DNA of 64,000 nt from Rhodospirillales bacterium (GCA_026196105.1 JAPHRK010000041.1:11970-75969); one strand, 5' to 3'; positions 36,698-46,474 are shown, counted from the stretch's first letter. Translations and numbers: made by a program. The notes: generated by a model from the letters alone, not told the origin.

Positions 36698-38014
36698 TCA
36701 TTTAATAGATTGCATTGAGATAAATTTCTCACCAATTACGCGCGCTTTAAAGGTTTTGAGGTCTGTCTCTTGAGGGGATTGCCATGAAGATGAAAAAATC
36801 TTTATCGAATGTTGATGCCTACCAGATTGGATTAGGGAGGAAGCGTTATGGCGGTAATAGGAATCAGCTATTGAGAGTTGGGGGAGATTGTTACGTAAAT
36901 AGGTTACCCCATAATTACTCACAATCAATTTACCAGTTTCTCTCTTTAAAACATTTGTGGCCTGCTCCAAAGGAGAAGGTGGAAGTATCAATGTAATCGA
37001 TGATACCAAAATAGCGCCTTGCACAAGTGTTACCCCCATCAAAATTACTCTTCCTCCTCGAATAAGATAAAGGGAGATCAAAATGGATGGTAAGAGGAAA
37101 TGGCGTAGATTTTCCGGGTTTTGGGCAAGCACCGTCCATAGGATCGCTGCTAAGGTCGTTATGAAAAGCGGAGACTTTATTTCACTCCGAAATATAGAAA
37201 TAATGATCCCCAGGATTAAGGCCAGCAAAGTGGCAGCCACGGTTTTTTCTTGTGAAAGCCCTGCGACCCAACCAGGACGTTCCGCCTCGGCTACCATTGA
37301 GGTGTTTCCCCAAATCATAAAATGCCCCTCGGTAAATCTCCAAGCTTCATAAAAAAGAGCTTCACCTTCCCATAAGATAACCCACCCAAAGATTAAAGCG
37401 ATCGTTACGATGCTGGAGATAACAAGGGGGAAAGCTTGTTTGCGCTCTTGAAATAGGGAAGCAATAATCATAGCGGCAACTACGACGACGAACGAAGGGC
37501 GGCAGGCCAAAGCTAGTCCTACAATAATACCTGCGCCTTTATAATAGCTCTTCGCTAACAGGCCCAATCCAAGTAAAATGAAGGCTATACCCGTACTATC
37601 TGAAAGCATACTCAATCCTACCAGTGGTAGGAAAGGTTGAGTGAGTGTGGCCCAGAACGCTAACAATACCCCGCTTTTAGATGCGCCATAGGCATTGGCC
37701 GTCCAAGCGGCAAGCGGGGGGAGGCTTATGGCACCTATTAGGGAGAGGTAAAAGGTCGCCTCTTTAGGGGTGAGACCAAAAAAATGAAGTAGTTTTCCAA
37801 AGGCGATAAACCCCGGATAGGCGGGAAAGTGGGGACGAAATTCTAAAACGCTGAACCTTTCCACTCCCAGGGTAAAAAAGTATGCATCATCGGAGGGAAT
37901 GGATGGTGGAAAGGAAAACAGCCAATAAGCTATGAGGGCGTAGGCGACGGCGCTTACCCCCCAGGCGAGTTGTGAAGTTTTGGCTTTACTTGCCAAGAGC
38001 CGCCAAGACCGCAC
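36698..38014 (-). CDS. Polytopic membrane protein, possibly a GT-C-fold glycosyltransferase (ArnT/PMT-like)
   Basis: About 11 hydrophobic helices. An acidic DD pair (PSDDAYFF) follows directly after TM1, as in GT-C first loops. No stronger motif. Overlaps the upstream gene by 29 nt. Confidence 0.3.
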   Translation of the reverse strand: MRSWRLLASKAKTSQLAWGVSAVAYALIAYWLFSFPPSIPSDDAYFFTLGVERFSVLEFRPHFPAYPGFIAFGKLLHFFGLTPKEATFYLSLIGAISLPPLAAWTANAYGASKSGVLLAFWATLTQPFLPLVGLSMLSDSTGIAFILLGLGLLAKSYYKGAGIIVGLALACRPSFVVVVAAMIIASLFQERKQAFPLVISSIVTIALIFGWVILWEGEALFYEAWRFTEGHFMIWGNTSMVAEAERPGWVAGLSQEKTVAATLLALILGIIISIFRSEIKSPLFITTLAAILWTVLAQNPENLRHFLLPSILISLYLIRGGRVILMGVTLVQGAILVSSITLILPPSPLEQATNVLKRETGKLIVSNYGVTYLRNNLPQLSIADSYYRHNASSLIQSGRHQHSIKIFSSSWQSPQETDLKTFKARVIGEKFISMQSIK

Positions 38015-38540
38015 TCATTGCTTTTTGGTAAGCTTCTGGGTCGGCGGGTTTTTGGCCGACCCCAAAAACCCCTGGATTGCCAATGGCGACAAGACATTGG
38101 CGTAGCCCTTTTTCAGCGGCTTCACGCTGCACTCCGGAAAGGTTGCCAGCCATGGAGTCAAAAAAGCGTTTTGATTTTACCACCAAGACTTTAGCCAATT
38201 GGTAGTCGTCCAGATGTTTGGCTCCGGCGGAGAGACGATGGGAAATTTCTGCCGCAAATACACGATGCAAAGCGGCAGACACCGCCTTGGCATCTTTGGC
38301 GCTTATGGCGTCGGACAGGTTTTGTTTAATTCCCTTGTCAAGATTCGTATCGAGATAATCGATCTCTTTGGCTACGGTGTCTAAAGCTGTTTGAGCCGCG
38401 CCATAATCGCTGTCGTTGATTGCTTTGAAAATAGCCTCACGAGCATCAATTAAAGGTTCTTTTCCTGCTGCTGCGTAGGAATAGGCCTGAGCCTGACCGG
38501 AAACAAAAAAAGTTAAAAGCAGAATGGCGATAAATCTCAT
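37986..38540 (-). CDS. Secreted all-alpha protein of unknown function
   Basis: Signal peptide MRFIAILLLTFFVSGQAQA|YS. Ala/Lys/Asp-rich and helix-like. The start at 38540 lies 13 nt after the upstream stop, so I prefer it to the track's 38603. Confidence 0.5.
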   Translation of the reverse strand: MRFIAILLLTFFVSGQAQAYSYAAAGKEPLIDAREAIFKAINDSDYGAAQTALDTVAKEIDYLDTNLDKGIKQNLSDAISAKDAKAVSAALHRVFAAEISHRLSAGAKHLDDYQLAKVLVVKSKRFFDSMAGNLSGVQREAAEKGLRQCLVAIGNPGVFGVGQKPADPEAYQKAMSAVLAALGK

Positions 38541-38553
38541 GTCTTCCTCCCCA

Positions 38554-39945
38554 TCAGGCGACGCTTTGGGTCTCAATGACCGTGCGTTCGCTCCGATGTT
38601 CATAAATTTCTTCCTGGTGGTCTTGGCCGGTTATCAGGCTTCTGGCCGCCATGTCCCCCGTTTCCATCGCGGTATCGGTAAAAATATAACGGAAAGTTCC
38701 TTGCCGACCACATAGAATTAGGTTTTTAAACTGGGATAAGTGATTCTTAGCGTTGGCGCGTCCCTTTTCATACCCCACCCGGAGCAAAGGATAAGCTTGG
38801 GTTGCGCGGGTGCTGAAATATTCACCTGTGGCTTTGGTGGCGTCCATCCCCATTTTAGTAAGGACCTCACAGGCCATGGGAAACATTTGCTCATCTGACA
38901 TTTCCCAAAGATCACTGCCGGGATCACAGGGGATTTCCAACATGGCTGAGGTATGACCTTTAGGTGCCATGAAAGGTGAACGACGTTTGGGTTCCTGTAG
39001 GCGGGTTGCCATGATGCTGGGGTCCGACAGATACTGCCAGGTGCAGTCCGACAGGTTGTCCATTTCCAGAGGCATATTAAAAAATCTCAGGCCTCGGTAT
39101 TTAAGGTCGCTTTTACCACCGGTCATTTTGACCATATTGGGCAGGGCGAGGGTTGAGATTACAGCGTCAGCTTTAAATGTTTTTCCTGCGGCTTGAACCG
39201 AGCTTACGCTGTCTCTATTAAACTCAATATTCTCAACCGCTGTCTTAGTAAGAATTTTTCCACCCTTGGCCTCAATGCGCTCTGCCAATCTATCGAAGAT
39301 GACACCGAAACCGTGTTTGGGATAACGATAGCTGCGGGCATAGGTGCGCGGGGTATCGTTGCCCATGGGTAAAAGCCGTTTAGCTACGTCCTTAAGGTCA
39401 ATTAGGCTGATCCGTTGTCCGGCCCAATCTGAAGAAAGGTCTTTGGGGTCAATACCCCAAAGCTTCGCGGTATAACCTTCAAAGAAGTTTTCATAAAGTG
39501 TGTCACCGAAGCGACTAGATATCCAGGTAGCAAAGTTGTCGTCGATGTGTTTCCTGAAAGGTAATGTGAGCAGGTCACCAGTTGCCCCCATCAAGAGTGA
39601 CGTTGGCGCTGTGCGCAACAAGTTTCCCAGGGCGAGGGGGTAATCATAGGTCCGGCCGCGAAACCGAATGACGCTTTTGCGCATGGCCGTTAGAAGGTCA
39701 TCGCCAACCAGGTTTTCGACCAATTTGAGCAACTCGGCATTGTGGGTGATGAAACGATGTCCACCATAGTCAAAACGGTAGGTGCCGTGTTTACCCTCAA
39801 AAATCGTTGTGCCGCCTTGCCCGCCCTTTTTGTCGCTTTTTTCGAGAACTGTGACCTTAATCCCGGCTTCGAGCAGTCGCCAAGCAGCCGTCAATCCGGC
39901 GGGGCCAGCTCCCAAGATGAGGACAGATTCAGGTCTTTTGGGCAT
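38554..39945 (-). CDS. FAD/NAD(P)-binding oxidoreductase (amine-oxidase / UDP-galactopyranose-mutase-like fold)
   Basis: VLILGAGPAGLTAAWRL...VLEKSDKKGG dinucleotide motif and C-terminal GRQGTFRYIFTD. Overlaps the 3' end of the FTR1 gene by 17 nt. Confidence 0.65.
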   Translation of the reverse strand: MPKRPESVLILGAGPAGLTAAWRLLEAGIKVTVLEKSDKKGGQGGTTIFEGKHGTYRFDYGGHRFITHNAELLKLVENLVGDDLLTAMRKSVIRFRGRTYDYPLALGNLLRTAPTSLLMGATGDLLTLPFRKHIDDNFATWISSRFGDTLYENFFEGYTAKLWGIDPKDLSSDWAGQRISLIDLKDVAKRLLPMGNDTPRTYARSYRYPKHGFGVIFDRLAERIEAKGGKILTKTAVENIEFNRDSVSSVQAAGKTFKADAVISTLALPNMVKMTGGKSDLKYRGLRFFNMPLEMDNLSDCTWQYLSDPSIMATRLQEPKRRSPFMAPKGHTSAMLEIPCDPGSDLWEMSDEQMFPMACEVLTKMGMDATKATGEYFSTRATQAYPLLRVGYEKGRANAKNHLSQFKNLILCGRQGTFRYIFTDTAMETGDMAARSLITGQDHQEEIYEHRSERTVIETQSVA

Positions 39946-40747
39946 AACCGCGATTCCAGAAAAAGAGGAAGGTTCCTAGATAAAGCACCCAAACTGAGAA
40001 TTGAATAAGAGTAGGAGAAGCATTGTAGCCAAATAAGGCGCGCAGGAAGGTGCCGAACGTTCCCCGATCATCAAGGATGTGCGAAATATCAAAAATTCCT
40101 TCAGCGATAATTGGTACGATGTGAACCGCTTGCATCATGTTGACCGCAGAAGATAGTAACCCTGCTGCGATTACAATGATTAATAAACTGGTATATTTGA
40201 AGAAAGGCGCAATCGCGACCTGTTTGGTGCCACGCATCAGAGCCCAGACGAGGGCGATGGAGAGGACAATGCCGAGTACAGCTCCTATGAGACCGTCTTC
40301 CAAACTGATACCTTGGCCGGAATGAAGCAGAGCGGAGAAAAATAGCACGGTCTCAAACCCTTCCCGCAGTACGGCAATAAAAGCGAGGAACACCATGCCC
40401 CACAGGTTACCAGTCGAAATGTGATCTTCTAGGTCGCGTTTGACCTGATCTACCTGGGCCTTTGCTTGTCTTTGCATCCAAATGGCCATGTATGTGAGAA
40501 CGATGGAAGCAAATGACAGGATGAAAATCATCAAGAAATGTTGATAACGCTCATTGTCAAATTGGTCGATCACAACCTGGAACAGGAAGGCTACGAGAAG
40601 GGAGACCACCAAGCCAGCAGCCACGCCAAAATAAATGTATTTGGCATAGTGGCGGGCGTTAAGTTTGGTTAGATAGGAGAGAATAATTCCTACCAACAAA
40701 AATGCCTCGAGCCCCTCGCGAAAGGTAATGAGAAAACTGGCAAACAT
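39929..40747 (-). CDS. FTR1/EfeU-family high-affinity iron permease
   Basis: Two signature motifs, REGLE (FREGLEAFLL) and REGFE (LREGFETVLF), with about 7 TM helices. The start is 1 nt after the stop of the upstream cytochrome gene. Confidence 0.85.
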   Translation of the reverse strand: MFASFLITFREGLEAFLLVGIILSYLTKLNARHYAKYIYFGVAAGLVVSLLVAFLFQVVIDQFDNERYQHFLMIFILSFASIVLTYMAIWMQRQAKAQVDQVKRDLEDHISTGNLWGMVFLAFIAVLREGFETVLFFSALLHSGQGISLEDGLIGAVLGIVLSIALVWALMRGTKQVAIAPFFKYTSLLIIVIAAGLLSSAVNMMQAVHIVPIIAEGIFDISHILDDRGTFGTFLRALFGYNASPTLIQFSVWVLYLGTFLFFWNRGYAQKT

Positions 40748-40748
40748 A

Positions 40749-43700
40749 CTAGGGGCGCTCCAGGGAGGTATTGAGTTGTGTCATGATCACTGCTTGGGGG
40801 TTGGGCAATTCGGGGTAGGTTTTACGCACTGCATCAGTCACCCACTGTGGGTAGATGCGGAACATGAGTTTGACGTCTACTTGCAAGGGATAATTAAGCT
40901 CGGATGGTAAATCAAAAAGTTCATCTCGATGGCCATTTGCCGGAATTTTGGTATCTTTAAGCATTTTTTCATAACGCCAGAAGAGCAAGCCTACAGGTTT
41001 ACCATTTTTGTCTCCAAAGACCTTTTGGAACATGCGGGCATCTTCAGGAACTATGCCTTTGTCATCCATCTTGCCATGTTCCAGCACGACCTTACTTGTA
41101 CTGTCTTTGACGGTTATGTCGAGCCACAGTTGGCGGAAATCTGCAACGCCGGTAGGTAGGGCGTGCCCAGCTCCAATATTTCTCACTCGTATGGCCAGTT
41201 GGCCATCCTTTTCCATACGCCCGGAAAGTTCAGCGGCTGATTGCAGCAATTCGATACTCATTTTCGCCAACTTTTCATTGCGTAGGCCGACAAGGTGATG
41301 ATTGGCCCCAGTGAATTGGTGAGTGACAACGTTTTCCTTCACCCGACCGCCATCAGTGGAGATACCCGGTATGTTTTGGCCGATTTTTTTAATATCACCA
41401 TGCATGTGACAATCGATGCAGCTGCGATGTTTACTGGGGTCGGATGGGTTGTTGTAGTCGGATTTCTCCCACTCCCCATAAGTGTCGACGATTAGACTAC
41501 CGGAACCGGGTGCAAACTCATTGTGACAAGTGCTACAGAGTTCTGAATCTTTATAGAAGGGTTGTAAATATGATTTGGTGTGAACTTCCGGCTTAGCATT
41601 GATTTGCTGGTTGCCAACCCAGTTTAGGATAGGGTTGCTGTTGTTCTCGAAGAAATACTGCTCGCGGTCTTTCACATTGACGGTGAAGCTGGCATTAGCA
41701 CCGCCTTTAGAACTCGACGCGCTTTCAAGTTTGGTAATGCGGTGGCAGAATAAACAACCAGTGCCTTCATCCAGATCGGGTTCATTTTTTTCAAGTGCTT
41801 CAAAAAGAGTCTTTCCACCTTTCTCGAACATATGTCCCTTTTCAATGGTTGCAGTCAGGCCGGAGAGCAATCCTTGTGGATGGTGACAACCCATGCACCA
41901 TTTACGGAACTCTTCACCTTCGGTTTGTGCCGCGACTTCCTCAACCACTTTATAATAGGGGTTTGAATCTCCCATCAGGCGATGGAGTGAGTCCGCCCAT
42001 TGATCAAACATATCAGAATGACACTCAGCGCAAGCAGCGGAATTTACCCATTCCTTCTCGTGGATCACTTTGCGCTCGTCGTCGAGGCGCAGCCATGTTG
42101 AGGTCAAAGGTAGATTACCTTTGGAATTTACGAAAGTGTGGAGGTCTTCCATCTGGGCGATGATGTTTTTAGGCGGTTTGTCCAGGTTTGGTTTGTCTGC
42201 TCCGTCTCGCGGATCATGGCCCATGCCACCTTGGGTACCTTGTATAATTCGCAGGTAATCTCCGACAAAATCCCCCGCAACCATTTTGCTTAGGTCTTTG
42301 TGACCTATCACCGCGTTTTTATAAATATCGGTAGGGGTGGAATTATAGAGATAACCGTTTGTAAAATTAAACCCGTCTACGTGACAACTTTGGCAACTCA
42401 TCCAGAAGTCGCCAGCGATAGGGAACTGTTTTGATTTATCGGTATTACCGCTATTGAAAGTAGTTTTACCACGCCTCAGCGCGGCGGGGATGGGATCTTT
42501 TTCGACCAGTTGACTAAACTCGCTTTTTGCCAGTTTAACTCGGGAGAAGGGGCCTTCGCCACCACGGTTGAGCTTAACCAAATCTAGGCTCATGGCGTTT
42601 TGGACGAAAATATCTTGCCTGGAAACCACCAACCCCCGAGGGTTAGACCCGGGGATATGACGAAAAATTTGCATGGCTTTAGCTCCGCCCTGATTGAGCT
42701 TGCCTTTGCGTCGGTTGCTCCGTTTCTTTTTCTTTTTTGTGATTTCGGTGCGGCGTAACAGGTCAAACACCATCAGGTCTTCACTGCCTGCAAGAGTTAC
42801 GTAGACCTTTTTGCCATCTTCAGAAAAAGCGGCGTCGTGAGGGTTAGAGACGATGCGTGTGCGATTACCAGTATCGATAATATTGATCTGTTTAAACAGA
42901 TGTTTACGCCGGTCTATAAGCTCGCGTTCTTGCCCTTTGTCGAGAGCAAGCAAGGAGACGGAGGGAAAAATAGTGGATTGAAATTGAAAGGGGTGGTCGA
43001 AGTTCCACAAAACGTGTGGCAACCACGCCTCGTTTTCGTCGGGGCTGACGGCAATGTCGTCAAGAATACGCGGAACCCCTTGGGAAACAAATTCATCAGG
43101 GTCTTGGGTTTCATGCAAGACGATGGTTTTTAGCAAAATAGGTTTTTTTTGTCGGGTATCCCACAAAGAAACTTTACCAACCATAGCATGGGTGATCAGA
43201 AGCCGCCCATCGTTTAAAAGTGCTAAACCACGCGGGGTTTCTTCAACTTTGATATTATGAATGATGCCTTTTTTTTTGTTCAGTCCAATCAGACGATGGT
43301 CTTCAAATAGCGCAGTCCAAAAAATGTTGTTTTTTGGGTCATAAACAATGCCAAAAGGACGGTGACCAACAACCACTTCCTTTTCAACTCTGTTAGTTGC
43401 TAAATCAATAAAAACAACACGTCCGCCTGTATAGTCGGTTACCGCCAAAAGATTTTTTTTTTCATCTAAAGCAATGCGGCGTAGTTCACCACCGACTTGG
43501 ATTTCAGCCAGACGTTTTCCACTTTCCCGTTCTATTAGGGAGACCGTCCCGGTATCGAAGTTTGCGGAATAAAGAGTTTTGCCATCTTGGGAGAGATGTA
43601 AAGAGCTACTTTCCGTTGCGGCAAATGCTGGAAGGCTTAGAGCAACGATGGCAAAGAAAAAAGGAATTACCCAAGCGGTGATCTTCAGCATGGACCAGCG

Positions 43701-44156
43701 TTTTGCATGGAAATAAACAAAAAGGGCCATGGGAATGGAAGGTAATAAGTGAGCCCAATAAGCAATTTGCCCCAGAACGTCACCTCGATTACCAAACAAA
43801 GCCAAATAAAACCCACTAACCATCATAATAATCAAAATAACTTCTATAATGCGCCCTGTTTTTCTCAGGAAAGGTTTCGGATGCATCTTAAGGGATTCGC
43901 GATGGGCCAACCAAAAGGGCACGATGAACAGGGGTACCAAGAAAAATGACGCCAGGAAATGGATTAGCAAAGTAGATTTGGTAAATTGCCAGGAAAAACC
44001 AAAGCCATCCCACAACATAACCCCACTAACAGTAAGAAAATAAAGAATAAATTCGGCATATTTATGTTTATAACTCACCCGTTCCCACAGGGAAGGGCGT
44101 GGGATGACCACGTCTACTGTGTATGGGATTTCCGTATGTATGGTTTTATCTAACAT
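40749..44156 (-). CDS. Membrane-anchored beta-propeller / hexahaem c-type cytochrome fusion protein
   Basis: aa 1-185: 5 predicted TM helices with His pairs. aa ~190-560: YVTN/cytochrome-d1-like propeller repeats (TLYSANFDTGTVSLI, LAVTDYTGGRVVFIDL, FGIVYDPKNN). The C-terminal part has six CxxCH motifs (CQSCH, CAECH, CMGCH, CLFCH, CSTCH, CIDCH) and GAGHALPTG. Confidence 0.8.
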   Translation of the reverse strand: MLDKTIHTEIPYTVDVVIPRPSLWERVSYKHKYAEFILYFLTVSGVMLWDGFGFSWQFTKSTLLIHFLASFFLVPLFIVPFWLAHRESLKMHPKPFLRKTGRIIEVILIIMMVSGFYLALFGNRGDVLGQIAYWAHLLPSIPMALFVYFHAKRWSMLKITAWVIPFFFAIVALSLPAFAATESSSLHLSQDGKTLYSANFDTGTVSLIERESGKRLAEIQVGGELRRIALDEKKNLLAVTDYTGGRVVFIDLATNRVEKEVVVGHRPFGIVYDPKNNIFWTALFEDHRLIGLNKKKGIIHNIKVEETPRGLALLNDGRLLITHAMVGKVSLWDTRQKKPILLKTIVLHETQDPDEFVSQGVPRILDDIAVSPDENEAWLPHVLWNFDHPFQFQSTIFPSVSLLALDKGQERELIDRRKHLFKQINIIDTGNRTRIVSNPHDAAFSEDGKKVYVTLAGSEDLMVFDLLRRTEITKKKKKRSNRRKGKLNQGGAKAMQIFRHIPGSNPRGLVVSRQDIFVQNAMSLDLVKLNRGGEGPFSRVKLAKSEFSQLVEKDPIPAALRRGKTTFNSGNTDKSKQFPIAGDFWMSCQSCHVDGFNFTNGYLYNSTPTDIYKNAVIGHKDLSKMVAGDFVGDYLRIIQGTQGGMGHDPRDGADKPNLDKPPKNIIAQMEDLHTFVNSKGNLPLTSTWLRLDDERKVIHEKEWVNSAACAECHSDMFDQWADSLHRLMGDSNPYYKVVEEVAAQTEGEEFRKWCMGCHHPQGLLSGLTATIEKGHMFEKGGKTLFEALEKNEPDLDEGTGCLFCHRITKLESASSSKGGANASFTVNVKDREQYFFENNSNPILNWVGNQQINAKPEVHTKSYLQPFYKDSELCSTCHNEFAPGSGSLIVDTYGEWEKSDYNNPSDPSKHRSCIDCHMHGDIKKIGQNIPGISTDGGRVKENVVTHQFTGANHHLVGLRNEKLAKMSIELLQSAAELSGRMEKDGQLAIRVRNIGAGHALPTGVADFRQLWLDITVKDSTSKVVLEHGKMDDKGIVPEDARMFQKVFGDKNGKPVGLLFWRYEKMLKDTKIPANGHRDELFDLPSELNYPLQVDVKLMFRIYPQWVTDAVRKTYPELPNPQAVIMTQLNTSLERP

Positions 44157-44234
44157 ATGCGCTTTTTCAAACTTGATTGGAACCAGAGCTATTTAGTGCA
44201 AATAAGAATACGTTGCAATTGACTTTCGTTAGTT

Positions 44235-44253
44235 GAGATCAATAATCATTGTT
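44235..44253. promoter_or_regulatory. Fur-box-like 19-mer upstream of the cytochrome/FTR1 genes
   Basis: GAGATCAATAATCATTGTT matches GATAATGATAATCATTATC at 13 of 19 positions. It lies 79-97 nt upstream of the start at 44156. Confidence 0.3.
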
Positions 44254-44290
44254 AAAAAGTAAAACCCGAAGAGCTTTTGCCCTCCGGGTT
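44251..44290 (-). terminator. Putative intrinsic terminator/attenuator after the 681-aa protein gene
   Basis: Minus strand reads AACCCGGAG-(10-nt loop)-CTTCGGGTT, a 9-bp stem with one G-U pair, followed by TTTTACTTTTT. It starts 47 nt downstream of the stop at 44337. Confidence 0.45.
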
Positions 44291-44336
44291 CTATCCAAGC
44301 ATACAAAGTAACGGAGAGAATCACTTCATAGCCATT

Positions 44337-46382
44337 TTATTTAGCAGCCATCACCTTTACCCGACGGGCCATGGTCATCGCAGTGCCAAATTTACCACCA
44401 GCCTTGGTGACCTGTGCGACGCCATCACCGTCAGTGTCCCCTTCAGCACTTCCGTTAACAACATTTTCGCCGGAATCCCCGAGCCATTCAGCTAGTTGCA
44501 TGCCTTCGCGAATATTGCGGCCATTGATGACGGTTTGGAACCAAGCGACGTAACGCTGGGTTAGGTTCGCTAAATCAAGAAGAGTTTCGTTTTCACCTTC
44601 TGAATTACGCAAGGTCAACATGGCGCTGCGTAGGCCAGCGCTGATAGCCGCGGCGGTGTAAGGGGTATGAACCGTCGGCATACCTGGTGCATCGGCGTAA
44701 GTGCCAATGCCTTTATCAAACATCTTAGCTTCAATGGTTAGGAAGAGTTTACGAGCAGCATTCTTATACTTGACGTCTTTTGTGGCGATGAAGGCCGCCG
44801 AGAGACCATGAACCACGGCAAATTGGGTACCAATAGATTTACGATCATTGCCACCCTTGCCCAAAAGATAACCGTCGTGGGCGAGGCCGTCTTTATCAAT
44901 CAACTGAGCGAGGATAAAGTTGGCCTGACTTTTGATAATCTCCAAAGCCCTTTGGCCACGTTTTGTATTGAGGCTTTCACCAGCGTCTGCGGAAGCATAA
45001 CCCACAGCTAAAGCGTCTTGAGAACGTTGGAAAATTGAGAGGGCTTGAAGAGCATAGGCCGCATCATAGGTGGTAACCCTGTCGCTCATCTTACCGTCGA
45101 AACGATCCACTAAGGTGCCAGCTTTGTTGTTAAAGTGAAGTGCGTCCAGGTTTTTGAAGGTGGCGTTTGTTAGCACGCTGACAGTGGAAAAAATATCGTT
45201 GGCGGCTACATCGTTAGAGATATCTTCATCCTTATTTAAGGCAGGAGCTGCAGCGAAGGGGGCGCCATCAAATACTGCTAGGAAGGCCGGGTTTTGAGCT
45301 TTGTTGACGGAGCGTTGATCGCTGAAGGCATAAACTTCAGATAGAGGCCAAAGCAACATCCAGGTATCGCGTAGGGTAGAAGCACTGTCGGTTACTTTAA
45401 GATTGCCAATGGCTTTCACGCCGTTAGCCATCTTTTCAGTCACAACGACTTTATGAGGGAACCAGACCGCGCCTTTTGCGGGGTCATAAGAGGCTGTAAG
45501 CTTAGCACCAAGTTTTTTGCCATCGTAGCCAAGTTGATTTTGCAGGGTGATCAAACGATCCCAAATGATCTCTGAAAGGATTACGCCATTGAAACCATCT
45601 GCGGAAGAAACGCCTAGAGCATGTTTGCCGTCCTGGTCCATCGTCGCACTTTCTGCTTCGACTTCTTCGTCACCTTTAATAGTGTGCATGCCGCCCAAGA
45701 AGTCCTGAGCCCACATGACGTCTTTCAGCATCTGGCCTCCAGCAGCCGCAGGGTTGAAAGATTTATCCATCGTGGATTCTTTCCAAGCCAAGGTTGCATA
45801 GTCGCGGAAGTATGCAGGAACGTCTATTTTTATATTCTTCTTCTTACCGTGAGCCATGATGATTTCTGCTTCGTCAGCGCTGACCACAGAAGTGTTCACA
45901 GCCTGTCCGAACTCAGGTATGCCTGAGGCATAGGGGAAGGTGATAGGATACATATTGAGTGGAATTTCTTCAGCGGGGAAGGAGACTGATTTCGCTAATT
46001 CGATCACCCGCTTACCAAGACTTTCCAGGCTACCGCCACGTGCTTTGTTGACCGGGCCGTTAACGATATGAGGACCCATTTTGGATTGATAATTAACCGC
46101 GTACATAGCTTCTTCGGAGTATTCATAACTCTCAATACCAGCGGTATAATCAAAGGGGGTTGGAACATTTAATTTGTTAGGGTCGAGTACATCCAGATCG
46201 AGTCCCAGACCTTCGGCTAAAGGTTCACCAGAAAGCTCAAATTCCGTATAGGCCAGGAACCCCCCAGCAGGATCAAAAGACTTGTCCAGTACTTCAACTT
46301 TGACACTGGAAGGATCAGCCAGAGCGATGGTTGACAGCGCCATCGCTGAGGCAAAAGAAATCAATGCGGTTTTTTTCAACAT
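44337..46382 (-). CDS. Secreted 681-aa protein of unknown function
   Basis: Signal peptide MLKKTALISFASAMALSTIALA|DP. No motif I can assign. It is the first gene downstream of the stronger Fur-like box. Confidence 0.6.
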   Translation of the reverse strand: MLKKTALISFASAMALSTIALADPSSVKVEVLDKSFDPAGGFLAYTEFELSGEPLAEGLGLDLDVLDPNKLNVPTPFDYTAGIESYEYSEEAMYAVNYQSKMGPHIVNGPVNKARGGSLESLGKRVIELAKSVSFPAEEIPLNMYPITFPYASGIPEFGQAVNTSVVSADEAEIIMAHGKKKNIKIDVPAYFRDYATLAWKESTMDKSFNPAAAGGQMLKDVMWAQDFLGGMHTIKGDEEVEAESATMDQDGKHALGVSSADGFNGVILSEIIWDRLITLQNQLGYDGKKLGAKLTASYDPAKGAVWFPHKVVVTEKMANGVKAIGNLKVTDSASTLRDTWMLLWPLSEVYAFSDQRSVNKAQNPAFLAVFDGAPFAAAPALNKDEDISNDVAANDIFSTVSVLTNATFKNLDALHFNNKAGTLVDRFDGKMSDRVTTYDAAYALQALSIFQRSQDALAVGYASADAGESLNTKRGQRALEIIKSQANFILAQLIDKDGLAHDGYLLGKGGNDRKSIGTQFAVVHGLSAAFIATKDVKYKNAARKLFLTIEAKMFDKGIGTYADAPGMPTVHTPYTAAAISAGLRSAMLTLRNSEGENETLLDLANLTQRYVAWFQTVINGRNIREGMQLAEWLGDSGENVVNGSAEGDTDGDGVAQVTKAGGKFGTAMTMARRVKVMAAK

Positions 46383-46474
46383 CTACAAACTCATAAAAAA
46401 TAAAGACACGGGCAGGGCGCGAATCACCCTCCTCAAGAAAACTACAAATTCTCTAACATGCAGGTATTACAAAT

